Part shown: positions 43,101 to 58,100 of the stretch, piece after piece
Layout of the letters: each line of letters starts with the position of its first letter
How positions within the stretch are numbered: position 1 is the stretch's first letter
NCBI GenBank assembly: GCA_965285935.1
Contig: OZ260662.1
Location: 98,394,001-98,458,000 of the forward strand
DNA length: 64,000 nucleotides
Source: Ophelia neglecta
Lineage: Eukaryota
Reading direction: 5' to 3'
Notes under the pieces: generated by a model
Seen by the model: only the letters and a program-made list of their open reading frames with translations
The model's database searches: none
What the model was told of the DNA's origin: nothing
Position numbers and translations under genes: made by a program

Positions 43101-46100
43101 GATGGATCACCGCTTTGGTTGAAAACTTCGCTTGTCCCCTGGAGACCCGCCTGCCAAAGGTAAAAACGTCTTTTGTATGGCAAATGGATGCGGTTTGAGG
43201 CAGACTGGTCGATATTTTAGATTCCGGGCTTTAAATCAGTCGGGTTCGCTGTTATATATGGCCACCAATGCGGTAGCGGTGGAGAGGGAAGCTTTTTGCC
43301 AGTGACTGCCGAAAGCTTACCAATCCATCAAACTTATCCAGCCGTCTATACACGTATAGATGCTTTCAGACAATCAGGTTAAAAAAACAGCAAAGCCCGT
43401 CGGGAGCTTTACCCAGCTTTGGCTATTGCTGGTGTCGGCATCGTTCTAATCTCCCTAAACCGATGATTATTTGTAGGGCTTTACCTTTGTACACATAAAT
43501 AGCATGTTCCGGCAAGCATTTATATCATAATATGCATCTTCTCCAACGATCTTGCACCGAGAACCTGGGTGCCATCTATCTACAAGGGGTACGTGTTTGG
43601 CTGGTAGTCTGGTATGGCGGCTTGGCCGGGCAGCTACGTCATTCGACGCTGAACAGATGACGGGTGGACAGTCTAGACGCAGGGAGCAGCGGGAGATAGC
43701 AGAGCAGGCTGTATAGGCTTGAACACTCTGGCAGCAGACGACAATTCCTTATTTGATCTGGTTTCCTCCGATATCGCTCCTACAGTCAGACGGCCAGCAA
43801 CCATTGACTGTCTCATTGGTTGCCACATCGGCTCCTCAGCCGCAAGGGATTCACCTATTGACACATAGGGTCCAGCCTTCTCCTAGTGTAAATTAAGTAA
43901 TATTTGTTTGTCCAAATGTCTAGCCGGCCAGGACAAGAGGTCAGTCAAGAGGCCTCATAATAAAAGGGTACCAGCCCAGAATGGAGTGGCTGCCTTAGCC
44001 TAACTGGGCACATCGATCGGTTAGAGGTTGTTTGTAAACACTACATTCAAGGCTTTATGGCTATAATTATCAATCGCTGTTTGAGTTGGTAAAACCAATA
44101 ATTGCTATAAATATTTTTGAGCTGAATCCGGCCAGCTTTAAATCAAACGGTCGTACAATTAACCTCTAATTAAAGCCAAATCACAATACTTGTTCGTCTC
44201 GAACCAATTAGTTTCATATTATACAAGTGATGACGAACCATCTAATGTCTTTATTGGGTTTAATGAGTAATGGGAGGGTGTGATATCGCCCCTCGTTAAC
44301 CATGGCAAGGCCCATGACAAGTCGGTCAATAGGAAGGGGTGAAGTGACCAGCGGCAGTCAATAATGATAATGCAGACTTTGCCGGCTGATAATGTACAGG
44401 GCGTGTCAGACAATTACCATACCATTAAACCATAAGATACATGAGATTAATTGCCTTCTAATAGTTGATGTGGTACCTAGACATAGTCAGGAATGGCAAG
44501 AACAAGGCCAGAGGAGATCTTTTTTATTCAGCTGTGTATCTCTTCTGTGTGATATCACTGCATGTTATATTGAATACATTTCCTATATATCACCTTTGAG
44601 CAAGGAGCTCTGCAGCTCTAAAACACCGTTGTGCTATGCAATCAATTTAGTAAATGGCACCAGTAGGACTGGAAGTCACATACATCAACGCAATTGCTTC
44701 CTAGAAACAACCCACCTGAGCCCTTCACTTTGACATTTAAACGGTGGAATTATTTGCAACCTAAAATAGAAGATTGACTAATAAGGTGATGCCAACCTTA
44801 CTTGTCTCCGTATTATGGCCTTCCTGCGACTGTTTGCACAGGGTCTGAAAGCAGACGACAGTTAGGATGTAAGACATATCAATTAGTGTCCGCCAGAATG
44901 GCTCTGCTGTCACCGCCAGCCAGACAGGATGGCGAAGCCCCCTTCCTGCCTAGCAGGCCGCGGGTTACTTGGATCGGTTACTATAGTAACCCAGTTCCCA
45001 GTTCCCGAAGGGCAAGTCTGGTTGTTACGTAAGTGTGGCTATATTCGGTATTATCCAAAAAAAGCATCTTTCGGCTCTCTCTTTTTTTCGCCTTCTCTCG
45101 AAATGAGAGAACTCATTCTTCCGAGCGTTAATGCATCTTGGGAGACGATAAGACTATATCCGTTGTAGGTGAATCTCCTGCACGGAAACTGCATGGAAAA
45201 TGAAGAGATTGCAGACGAAAAAAATGCGAACAGGACAAGAATATATGCGGGTTTAAGCTCTGTAAATCTAATCTAAACTGATGGTTTAAGGCCTGCCTGG
45301 ATAGATGTCTCTTGGTGGCCATGAACAAGGCAAGACTGCTGGGGATCAGCTGGGCGCTTCGCCATAACATGTAGCATAGGAAATTAGCTAAAACAAAGCG
45401 TTTGTCTCATGCCTGGCACTGCCCACTACTGTCTAGACTTCTACCTCAATCAAAATGGAATTTGTTACTCAACGGGTAGCAACCTGGAAACAATATGATA
45501 TTGGGGGTTCCCGGAAAATATTTCAAGTATTTGATGCTCGGATATGAGTTTTTTGGCACTAAAAGATTGTTCTTGAGGCCAATCCTCTTTAGATAATCAA
45601 TTGTAATCTACCGAGATGCCTTCAGAGAGGATAGCCAGACCAAATACAGAACGAATGCCTTCAAATATTGATACCAGACACGCGAAGAACCGATGTTGGA
45701 CAAATTGGGCCAAGTAGCGTTGGAGGATTATGCGCTCGAAACAGACGCTCTGACATCATTTCCGGTTAACAAGCCGACGCACGCAAGCCTTTCAGCGCTG
45801 CATTTGTTATCTTTGGCATAATGAGTTTGTCTAGTATAGTGGCCTGTTGATAAAACATGGTCAGATAAACAGATACCCCTACACCATCATTTTGAAAAAC
45901 AATTACTATGACTGGCGTAGTAGTGACTTGTTTAGTTGTAAAAACACTCGCGTAAATATTTAAAGAACCCTAAAATGGTTCTTCTATACTAGCATAGCAG
46001 TCATAGGCGGCTGTAGTCTTAAATGACCCACTCTAAAAATGTCCTGGATATTTCTGTGTGTGTATTTCCTGACCCTAGATAAGAGTAAACAATTCGACTA

Positions 46101-49100
46101 TGCTTAGTACGGAAAGTTATCAAGTATTTTTTGAAGAAAAAACAATAAATATGCATAAGACTATCTTATATACTATGTAATCTAACAATTGTGGTAAATA
46201 GTCCCCTTTTCTGCTTGTTTTAATGTTGGCCAGTGAAAGTAGTATATGGGGGCAAAGCAAACAAAGTTTCAACATTCTTCCTCCAATATATGAATATATT
46301 CGTCATGCTGGTGGTAAAATTATTGGTGTGCTTAATTCTTTCATAAAGCGACCTAAACTGCACACATCACGTGACAGAGAGGCAAGCTCACGTTCATTTA
46401 CATAACACCGCCACGCATATTTACCGTAAAAATTGGATTCATTCAATGAAGTAGTGCACACATATAATACTTAAGTATGGGAAGCACACATTAACACGTA
46501 TTTGTGACCCAGATGCACTGGTTTTCCCAGCAATTCTAATGGTAGACCTTACTATATTGCAAACGTTATTACACAGTTTTTAATGACTTTGATTATAGTC
46601 AACCAACTGGTGGGTGGATATGTACACAAGATGTTCCAGACATAGCCTCACTGTGTAATATTTAAGTTTGTCCCGGTCTTCCAACGAGGTCATGCAAAAA
46701 CGTGTGAATAGCGTTCGTGTCGGCAGACTAGACAATATTAATAACAGGGGTGTGGGAACACGGCCCAGTAATAGTGTAGAAATATCGTATGTTTTTGTCA
46801 ATGGTGGCTAAATCACAAGTGGATTTTAAGTGGGTTTAGTCCTACGGGTGTTGTATCATATGTGATATTCAAGCTGGCACTTTAACAGGGTAGGCCTATA
46901 TGTGTACACTAAATGAATGCACGCCTACTTACCGGTGTCCATGGCTTTAAGTATGACACAGACACATGGTGCTTAAAAGGCGCTGAACTTGTAAAAACAT
47001 GCCCAAAAAAACCCTTCAGCAGTGAAAAATACTAGTCTCGCTGTATCATACATCAGTAACATCGTTAATAGGTATATAATTAATGGACCTAGGCTTACGA
47101 TATTATGTGCAATGATGTAACCCCACACTTTACTAGAGCACATCGAACAATGATAGGCCTAATTGTTTTTTTTATATAAATTCACACCAAAAGGCTAAAT
47201 TCCAAATCGTATGGTGTGTCTCCATGTTTTTGATGGCTCTACGCCTGAAGTGAACACTGAACAGTTGGTGTAAATGAGAAATGTGTTTTATGCGTTATCT
47301 CGTCTTCGCCTTTAGCGGCCATGTGTCATATGAGTGTATCTTGTACGTCGGCTTGTACGTGTGTACATTATATTTTATAGCACGCCTTTTATAGCTAGCT
47401 TTACTCGATATAAAACAGAGTTCTAGCCAAAGCCACGATCTACTCCGCTTATCAATCCTTTAATAAATGACTTGCAAACACTTGAAGGCAATCCGGGCGT
47501 GTTGGCAGGCAAGCCCTCAGCATACCCTTGTTTATCCAGCATATCGAGCTGATTAACAACCTGTTTACCTGAGTACTAAGTCAAATTTGATTTCTATTGA
47601 AAGGCCCGTGCTAATATAGCCAAATTTGCCCCTTTTTTCGTAAGCCCTTCCACTTTAATTCTACGAAATATTGACAAGGTTCGAGTGATTTTGTGTATCG
47701 TTGTGGAGATAGCACGCACCTGTGTTGATTCACCTCATTCTTGGTATGATTTTTATCAGGCATATTAGCTATGTTCAAGGAAAAATATGTACATGTACGC
47801 CCAACAAGGTGAGCCCAAGGTAATTTAAACCTAAGCCACTGTTGGTTGACATGGCATAAGCTCCAGCGCGAGATGCCTATAGTATGCTAGCTCGCTCTGC
47901 AAGAAGCAGCCAGAGTTGTGAAATATGTTTAAACGTCGCGGGGATTTTGCTATGCATTCTGGGACACAGCCCCTTCCCGTGCACACTGGTAATGTCATTC
48001 AGACAGTGGCCAATACTGGGCACTCCCTTCTGATTCTTAGCGTAGCACTTTCATTCGATTATTGGCGACGTATAACTACAATAGCCATTGATATTGGAGA
48101 TTTTCCAGATTATAAATATACCCTTGCCCTTCTCGGCCCAAGATAATCACATCATTGCCTTTCTTACTCAATTTATATCTGTCCGCCGAAGTCGGATGGA
48201 CTAGATGGTAGATACAAATCTCAAGGGGCTCCTCTCTGAATGGAATGCGGCGGTTTACCCGCCAGCCGGAGAGAGTGTAGGGAAAATATAACGTGTCTGG
48301 CATTTTGAAAGGAATGAAATTAAGTTTGTCGGGAAATTTGGTCGCACGGCGGCAAAGTAGATAGCCTTTTGTAGGCAATGATCTTCCCGATCAGACCAGC
48401 ATCCCAGTGTAAGCTCTGTTCGGCCACATTACACGTTTTACTGCTTGGGGTGGGGGAGGGGGGGGGGAGGTAGGGTGGCGATTTATATCAATCTACATAA
48501 AATGGAAGCTGCTACAGATAGTACATATATATATAGTGTGAACCGAATGGATGACATGTGGGTTCTTTGGTCTAACGACCATTTTTATGCATTCGTCCAA
48601 GCCGGGTTGCGTCAAAGATGTACGGTGTATGAATACAATCACGTGACATTTGACCTTTATAGACCCAGAGCAGCCTGTGCTGCACATTGCTTGCACCAGT
48701 GCATCAATGTTATATGATTGTATGTCCAAGACATTATCGTACATCAAAGGATCTTGTCCTAGACGCTACAGCCATTAAATCCAGGTTTACTTTTTCGAGT
48801 GGCCAAAAGTGTTTGCCAAATATGTAAATTCGGCGGCACTATGACCTCTTGACGATGTTCAAGTCGCGGATATGACCGGTACGGGCGGTAAGGGCCCACA
48901 TTGACCGAGTTTAATGTTTAAATATTTGTTTTAGGGTGCCTGTGTGAACACATTTCACTTTTTTACCAACCTGTATGTTCCCTTCGTTGCTGAAATGGTG
49001 CCATGTACAAATTTGCCGCTGGGGTTGTCCAGTCTGAGAATACGTAAATATCAACATGGACGTTAAAACGACATGAACAGCTTTCCAAGACTAGGTTCAC

Positions 49101-52100
49101 GAAAATATAACAAATCGCAGTTTATCATGTCTGAAAACATGACACTATTTTATATTAAAGTTCAGCTTGATTAAAAACACGAAACACAAAACATAGGATT
49201 GCAGACTCTTCAGCGTCATCCATTTTCCTTGAACTTGATGCAACTAAAGTCTTACTAGCCACTCGAGTACTACTCATATAAAATGCATTTATTTGTATAA
49301 CTATGATTCAAATTGTTTCGCGAAATATTAAACTAGAGTTTGGAAGTATATATTTGTGTATTTTGACTTGTAGGACTTGGACAATGAGACCCTCAACCAC
49401 ATCGACGCCGAGAACAGAAGGCAGACGCTTGAGGAGGAGCTGGAATTCCTGAAGGCAGTCCACGAACAGGTAGGTCAAGTTCAAGGCCAACCATTCCCAC
49501 CTCCACCATGGAAACTGTGTAGACCAGCGGAGAATATACTTCTTTCTATTAGAAAATCATCTAATGTTCTATATTTGTTCATTAACATGTGCTGTAACCA
49601 ACTAGCTATCGATTTTGTTTGTGTATTACATTCAACACCAGATATAACGTTGATATATATATATGGAGCACTTGGCCTGACTTTTAGCATCATGCGTGTC
49701 TGTCGTCAGTAATGTACTTTATTACATTGTCTCGTTAGTAAATGAGCTGCATGGTCTTTTTTTTGCGTAGATGAATATTAATATTGCCGAAAGCAATGTT
49801 GATAGGACGCCCGCGGACTAACACAATCGTTAAATATTGTAATGCGGCTCTCCGGTTCAATGAAGGGAGGCCATAAACATTTCTGCACCAACGCAGGAAT
49901 ACTGAACGCATAAGGTGTGCACACAAAAGAAGAACGAATCATTATCTGGTTGGTTAAAGTCTGTAAGAACGATGTGAAAGAAAAATCTAAGCAAATGACA
50001 TTAGTAAACATCGCCTCAGACCACACGAGATTTGACAATCATAATTTCACGCCAAAAGCCACGATACACCAATAGTTCTTTGACAAATAGTATCTTAATA
50101 AACACCGTTCACTCAATATAATGGGACATTTTAAAAAGAAAATACGGACGCGTGAAGAAAGTTGTCTTGAAGGTCATTTAAACAAACAAAACTATACGTT
50201 GACTATTTAGACAACGTGTCTTGTAATGTATTGGTATGTGTGACTGCTATCTCATGGCCTTGCTGTGCAAAGCAAACGTTATTGATTTTACTACACCGTA
50301 CAATACACACATCTTTCGATTATTGGACTATTAGCAGCATATTTTCCGTTCATATTAAAACAGTGAATGACAATGTGCAGTCGATTAAACAACATGTTGC
50401 CACTTTTAAGTATCGGTACTTTTCATGTTAGCCAATAACGTTCAAATGACAATCTGTTCTGAGTACAACACAAGCAATGGTTTCCACAGTAAAGTATCCC
50501 ACAAAGTAAGGCATTCTTGTTTATATCGGATGACCATTCCTTGTTTTGACTGATGAGTCATTCGTCAAAGATCGGTAAATTCCGTACATTGTCGTCGAGT
50601 CTCCTTGGCGACCTAAATACCGCCGGGCAGTATATGACACATACTACGCCCATTTTATACACGCGCTTTGAGATCTGCTGGTTAGGTAAAAATGTGACCC
50701 TTTGATAAACTGTTTATTAATAGCAAACTATCCAAAAACAAACTACACTGATGAAAAACTCAACGTAAAACATGTGTTGCAAAATGAAACTATACAATTC
50801 ACCCCTATTATGCAGTGCTGTGCTGAAATATTAAATAAATAAATGTGTCCGTTGAACTGCACATATCCTTTCAAAAACACGCCGTATAAACGATTTTTAT
50901 GTATACTATAATGTATACTACATTTCTCTCGGAGCAACGCCTTAGAGTAAGCCGGCTTAACCGGATGCTACTTTCACCAATCGAACATGGCCGGCGGCGT
51001 TCATTGTCTTGTTGGCAATGGCTGCCAACTATGGCGCATGCTCAGAATCTAGGCGTGTCAGAAAACAGCAGAGAGGCAGGAAATTTCTGTCTGTGTAGCT
51101 TTCGATCAAAGAGAGAGAACAGGTGTATGCTTATCACGCTCGATATGATTCTTTAGGCTTTGAAACACAAACACATTTGCATAAATAGACTTATTAACAT
51201 AAAGGTCTTTTGGTTTAAATATTCCTACTCGCTTTAAACCGCCACCAGACACATGTCCGCCAGGCGATTGAAAATACCTTTACAACTATGCATGCCTACA
51301 TTTATAACCGAGTTTAATAGCATTATGAAAGTATTCTAAAACTTCAATTGAAGATTTTAGGTCAGCCGATGCAATATCCCTACAGCAAGTCGTTTATTCA
51401 GGCCAAATACCTATCCGGTTAGGTGCAATAAAATCTGGTTTTGCCGTTGTGTGTCATGCATTTGTGTGTTTACACAGTAAAATTTAAGACCCTCGGGCAC
51501 TACAGCAAATAGATTCATGAACAAAACAGGCTAGAGTGTTGTCCATATTTTTATGGTCAGTACTTGCGAAATATTTAACATTATATTCCTGAGCAGAGCT
51601 CTGAGGGATGAATGTTTTCATATCGCCTTTGCAATTCCACAAGGCCTGAGCCTGAATTACACGTACGGATAATCTCTTTATCAATTTATTCCCGGTCGTG
51701 TCTGGCACTATGGAGCAGGATTAGACCTGTCTGGCCTCCAAAAACAGAGGAACGGAACCTTCATTGAGGTCGTCTGCTTTAAAAATTCAGGTCGTCTTCC
51801 ATTCATTGCATGCCAACCGCCGACATCTGAATGTGGGAAAACTGTAAAACTGATCAACCGTGAATCTCACAGCAACACGTCACGGCATTGACAAACCCAT
51901 ATTTGGCCACAGTGCAGTAGAAGTATAAAATAAAACAACTATTTAAAGTAGCTATTATTGAAAGTAGCAGTGTGTCATCCATATGTTTCCCTCGCAAAAC
52001 TACCTTGTTAAGTTATTATATTGTTTAGTTAATCATAATTTTAATATTACTTTGCTAACCTCAAGCTGGTAAAGTTCAAACATTTCCCCATACAATTAAT

Positions 52101-55100
52101 GGACCTAATTTTGATTGCTACGGTAAACAGTGACTCAAATTTGATACTAAGTTTAAATACTTTTCTCTCCTTATATAACGGAGCCTATCAGATTAAACAC
52201 CATGATGACTATATGACTTGGGCAATTATACCTCCGCCTCCTTAATGATATATATATCATCTAGAGTACCGCAACATATGTAATAAACTAGTATGTAAAT
52301 GGTAATTTTAATCAGCACAGCTACTGAAAGTTTCTTAACACGTAATTATAATAAATAACTCAGTGTCCTTCAGTTGACAATTTAACACAGTACAAATATA
52401 AATGAAACCGCTGAATAACAACAAGGAGATTCTTAAAGTATATCGCTAGCGACTTCTACACCTATTCATGTCTCTAATTTACGACCACAAGGTGGCGTGG
52501 AGCACACTTAAAAATAAAGTGACGCAAGTTAACTCGATATGGCTTCATGGTTTCCTTATATTGCAACACCTGCATTTGGTTGATTCAACTATCAGCTGAT
52601 TTATTTTATAAGGTTATTGAGATCACCCTTTAAACCTTCTTGCATGTAAATTTTATGATCTTAATGATAACATCGTTGCTACTCCGTCCCATATATACTT
52701 TTCTTTTGTACACTGTGTGGTGGTGTCTTTCGCTATTTGACCTTGACGCTAGGTGGCAATACCGTGTAAACAGCCAAGACCAAAAAAAGCGTGGCATTTG
52801 ACGGTTATCGTCTGGCCTTTGCGACCTCCTGAAATTTAGTATTCCATTCTCCGCCATATTTATTGTGCTTTCAATCACAGTAATTGCCGGCAAAACAGTG
52901 AAAACTGCGCTTTCATTGAATCTGGGTATTGAAGGTCGAAAAAGTCAACATTTAACTGTCCCGGCCCTGCGTGCCTTCGATTTTCTTGTGGTTCTTGCCA
53001 AAAAAGAAGTAATTGCACCAACTGTGACATTGTCCTTTTGACAATACCCGAGGCGAGTTTTAAACTACGTGTACCATTATGTTGTATAATTTTAAAGCGG
53101 TAAAATGTGGCCAACACACGTGTTTACTACGTAAGTGATCAGTACTTTGATATTTGGCATTGCACGTAAACAAGCTGAGGGTGAAATGTGTATACAAACA
53201 CTTAAACAAAACAAACAGCTAGTGAATCAGGTATAAAACGTTTATATAAAATATGCGAGCCAGTCACGGCAATGCTAAGGTCAAGGCCAAGTGTTCCACA
53301 TTGCCCCAGTTTTACACATTGTTTATTTCACGCCTTCGGTGTGAATACCGCTTCATTAGTTGTCACTTCTCACCCCGGTTTGTGCTGCCCCCTACAGGAG
53401 ATGAAGGAGCTCGCCGCCTTGGCTTACCGGGACACCACCTCCGAGAACAGGGACTTCTGGAAGAACGAGATGGGACAGGCCATCCGCGAGATCCAGCAGT
53501 GCTACGACGAGAAGTTGGACATGATGAAGGGAGAGCTGGACACATACTACAACATGAAGGTAGGTGGCAGCAGAAGTCTTCAACATATTCATCCGCCAAC
53601 CGGAACTAGTGATGAAACTAGTCCACGTAAAAACGAAAGATAGCCTGCTGCTAATGTTGGCGTAATAATACCTTTAACTTGGTGAAAAGTTACAAGGCCA
53701 ATACACATTTATATCGTCCATGATGTAGGCCTTTATCCATAACTGTCCCGGACTTATGTCATTAAATTTAAGACAAGTCAGCAAATCTTGGACGAGTAAA
53801 TCCAAAATGTCTACTAGAGCTTGTCAAAAGGTCTACGCAGCACAGATAAGAACATTCAGTAGGACAGACCTTTTGTAGCAATAATTGTGTTATTTATACG
53901 CTGGATCGTTAATGAGCTATCTTCTTCATCAAAATCAATGTTTTCAAACGCCATCATTAAAGGTAGAAAAAGAGGTAGGTGCCTGGATATTGAATTGGAG
54001 TCAATTCAAACCATACCAACTCTGTATAAGTACGTAGCCATTTGTAATGAAATTCTCACTCTATCTATAGATGATAAAATGATTTGATGTTGTGAGGTTA
54101 GCACTGGAAATAATTCTATTTTCTGGTAGAAATACTGTCACCTATCTCTCTTCTGTGTATGTTTCTATTTATTTAAGATTAAATGAGTATACGTGCTTCC
54201 AAATTGGGGGCAAATATGTAGACCTTTTGTCCAATCAGTAGACGTTTTGGTACAGCTGTCATACGATACGCCCATTATTTCGTAATCCGTAGTCTTAAAA
54301 GGTGGCATTTTTGTGTGGACCCGGTTTGACACACCCAAACGATAGTGAAAACACTATTGACAGAAAACCTAAGATGGTCGATTAAATTACCGGTATTGAT
54401 AGGGGTGCACTTGTGCTAGACTTTGGTGACGTCTGCGCACCAAGCCACCAGACGGTCATGGCAGACGACAACCTGTTACTGGAGAGACTGTAAGCCAGCC
54501 GTTACCCGCGAAAACTTCTTGCCCTTGAAGGCGGTGCCTATACCTCTATCGAGAAACATTAAAAGCGCCCTGCTCATTGAGATCACTTCTTGCGTCATAC
54601 CTGAAATTCTGGTATTCAAAATTTAAAACGAGGGAAACCTTTGGTGATTTACATAAAAGCGACTATCGGCGACTGCTATCTCTTCTGCGATGCTGCCTGC
54701 CAATCTCCAAGATGGCGGCGTGCGGATCGATTTGTCTGGGATAGACATATCACGCAGTTACAGGTCCGTGGGCCGGCGGCAGTCTCTTACGCCTTACCTC
54801 GGCTATGTGTCGTCTGCCTTGGCGCCATCATGGCGGCACCCCGAGCCACGGTGGCTGCGTTATAAGGTAGATCCTACCTATGACAGAGTCCGGCGCTTAG
54901 TGCAAAAACTCTCTAAGATGTGTTCAATGTTATATTGCTTCATTAAATATAGAAGGTGACTCATCAGCAAGGCGGTCTGCCTTGTTCACGCGCGCACATT
55001 ATACTACCGGATCCCACATTTTCATTAAGCCCCTATTAGCCTTTCCAGTAATTATTCGTAGATGAAGGGAACAATAAGGCTTGTAGGTGAATCTGATCAC

Positions 55101-58100
55101 TATTAGCTATAATCCGTCATAATATGTATCGTGCTCCCGTCGTCAATTTTAATATGTACAACAACATGTACAAAATCGATGTTTTGTCGGTTAATTCTTT
55201 GTAAATGTTTTTCTGGTAGTTTATCGTCTAGCGGGGCTGGGGGGGGGGGGGGGGAGGGGCTGTACCACTAACGCTTGATGCCGAAATAGATCTGTGGACT
55301 CGAATTGATCTGTTATAATCTTTATACATATATCATTCATAACTGATTACATCCAGCGCCTCCCAGATGTACATGTCATTTCTAAGACCGATGGGGTGCG
55401 AGCGGCAGATCCAGGCAGGGTGGGGATATCATGTGAACTGACAACTCACGTCCCTCATCAAAATGGATGGCATCCGCCACAAATCCCGTGGTTTACTCGT
55501 AATGGGCTCGCCGGAATGAGAGCACTAACGGTCACCGGATACGGAACCTCTAACACGATTCAGTGTGAATGCATCGAACCAAACAAGGCAATATCGTGCC
55601 ATGCCCAAGTCGGTCTAGCTTCATGTCGTAGGGGCCTATAGGCCTATCTGGGAGCAGCAACTCCCTTGCTCCAGTTGTTGTCACCAGTAATTATAAATAA
55701 TGTCTTTAACCCGACAATAATCATTACAATAATGTACCAGATGCTCGCTCACCCAAATAGAGTGCCTTTGCTGCTGATGGTGTAATATTGCGTATGTTGG
55801 CGAAATCCCGGCTCACAATTTATTAGCATTCAGGTCAGAGGAGCAACACTCCTCAACTAAACGTTCAGCAGAACCCGCCTTCAAAGCAACAGCGTTCGAT
55901 TGCTGTATTAAATTACCACATTTATAGTGACAGTCATTATCGTATATAATTTGACATTTGACATGACCTGCCCTGATTTCGTTGCGGTGGCATGTTAACT
56001 ATAACGGCGGGGTAATTTCACATAATCGGGCAGGCAGACGGCTATCCCCTGAATTGCTGTGTTCTTCAATATTAATGAACACGGTGGACAAAGGGGCCGG
56101 GTAAAGAGGTGAACACGGCAGGATGTGGACCATGCATCAGTAAGTCAAGGCCACATTATACGCTGACCTAGAATGTTGACAGAGTCTCTGTTGCCCTACG
56201 ACTCCGGGATCTGGGTTAATAACTGTTTTGCCTTCAGTCTTTGCTAACCAATACATGCGTTGTCAAAAGCCTTTGATGCTAGCAAACACACATGCAACAA
56301 TTATTTTGTAATCTCCAATTCTTCTGACGTTATAAATTCCTCTGGGGTTTAAAGGGGTCAACTGCCGAGCTGTCCGCTTGTATCTGACGGTCATAAAAGG
56401 CGCACGCGCCTGTATTGGCGTGCAGAACACGTACGGAAACTAGGTCAGACAGATTACAGTCATGGCAGATCCGATCTTTATTTGACAGACCGGACATGAT
56501 CCAAAACCATTTATTGATCAAAGGTAGAGGTGTCTGACTAGTTCATTATGCATGGCTAGTTGCGTTTCGTTGACCAGGCCCCATGTTTTTTGCTATAGTA
56601 AGTCGGCAGCTAGGCACCTTTTTTATTCTTTGGGGTAGTTTGGGAATAACGATGGGTGAAATTTTGCTATAGCGTCTCAGACAGTGACGGGGAATGGTCG
56701 CCATTTTGTCTCGTGTAAAAGGCATTGTCGTCAGTTTGATATTTCCACTGATAGTCTGCAATATATTCCCGGCATTCCCGTGTTATCGGTGCGCACCCGA
56801 TGAAAAAAAGTACGTCTAGAACACTAGGATATTGGCCTGGTGATACATAATCATCGGTAATGTCGTCCCGGGATGGCAGTAATACGGGAGCTCGCTCATA
56901 AAATACAAATTAATGCTGGAAAAATTCCTCCGCGTCCCCGATGAATGGTTTGCGTGGCATCGGTCCTGAATCAAGATATTAATCTGACCGAGTCTTGCCA
57001 AAAGACAGTGTCCGGCTTTCGACAGACTAGGCCGCACCGAAAGGCACGTCTATAAATAATGGGCTACGATGCGTTTTATTAATCAAACGGGGATTTTAAA
57101 TCGATTTGCTCGAGATGTCTGGGAGTAGTATTAACGGTTTCGCCAGGCGTTGATCAATCGTAATCTCTCCGACGACATTTTAATGAGAAATAATGTCTTG
57201 TCAAGGAGAGTATAATCATAAAAGAAGCAGACGATGAAAAATCGTTTTAAAATTCCGTTTTAACGATTCAGCGGAGTTCCGGTCTTTTAATTTTTGTAAT
57301 TTCTGCCGGATGTGAAGTCTTATTTCCGATAAAATTTTGAAATTTGAAAAGCAAACATTGTTCTGAAACTCCTTTGATACGCGTTCGCGCACGCTTCAAA
57401 TGACTGTCATTTCGGCCAAATAATTTTTTGAAAGCAATCACCGGAGATACAATATGAAAAATCGACACCAATCACCGCACTGTTAGAATTGGAATTGGGT
57501 AATTTGCGACACTATAAGAACATGCTGGGCTAAGTCTATGACAGCTGACAGGAATCGAATCTCATCTCATTGCTTTTTCTAGGCCTATCATATTTTATCG
57601 TTATATTTCGTCAGTTCGTATAGTTTATCGTTATTTAAGCATGCCCATTGGTAAACTGTTAAATAGTTTGTGAAAATAGACTAGGCCTTTGTTTCTAAAA
57701 TTGAGAATTACACACACTTGTGAACTGCCCCCTGTACCTGTAATATTTAAAAAACAGTTGGTTGAATGTTTGTATCAACAAATGGCGGACTGTCCGTTGA
57801 TCCATCTGGCCTGACACCGTCATACTGATGTTACCGCCTTTCCCTTGAGTTTCCGCCCACCCTTTTCCTTGTTATAATTGCTCTCCCTTGTATTTTCAGA
57901 TCCAGGAGTTCCGTACCGGGGCTACCCGCCAAAACATGGAGACCGTTCACTCCAAGGAAGAGTCCAAGCGTCTGCGCAGTCAGCTCACCGACATGCGCTC
58001 CAAACTCGCTGAGCTTGAAGCCAGGGTAGGTCACTTATTTCTTTTACAGTTTTAGGAACAAGTCCAGTTTATAATCACTAACATAATACGTCTGCGGATT

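Noticed and set aside
44899-45034. GC-rich ORFs ending at a perfect GTAAGT donor in intron 2
   Set aside because: The ATG-containing frames meet the donor in phase 1 or 2, while exon 3 needs phase 0, and the phase-0 frame has stops. A non-coding exon remains possible but is unsupported.
24915-58034. Minus-strand ORFs overlapping exons 1, 3, 4 and 5
   Set aside because: Antisense shadows of GC-rich coding exons.
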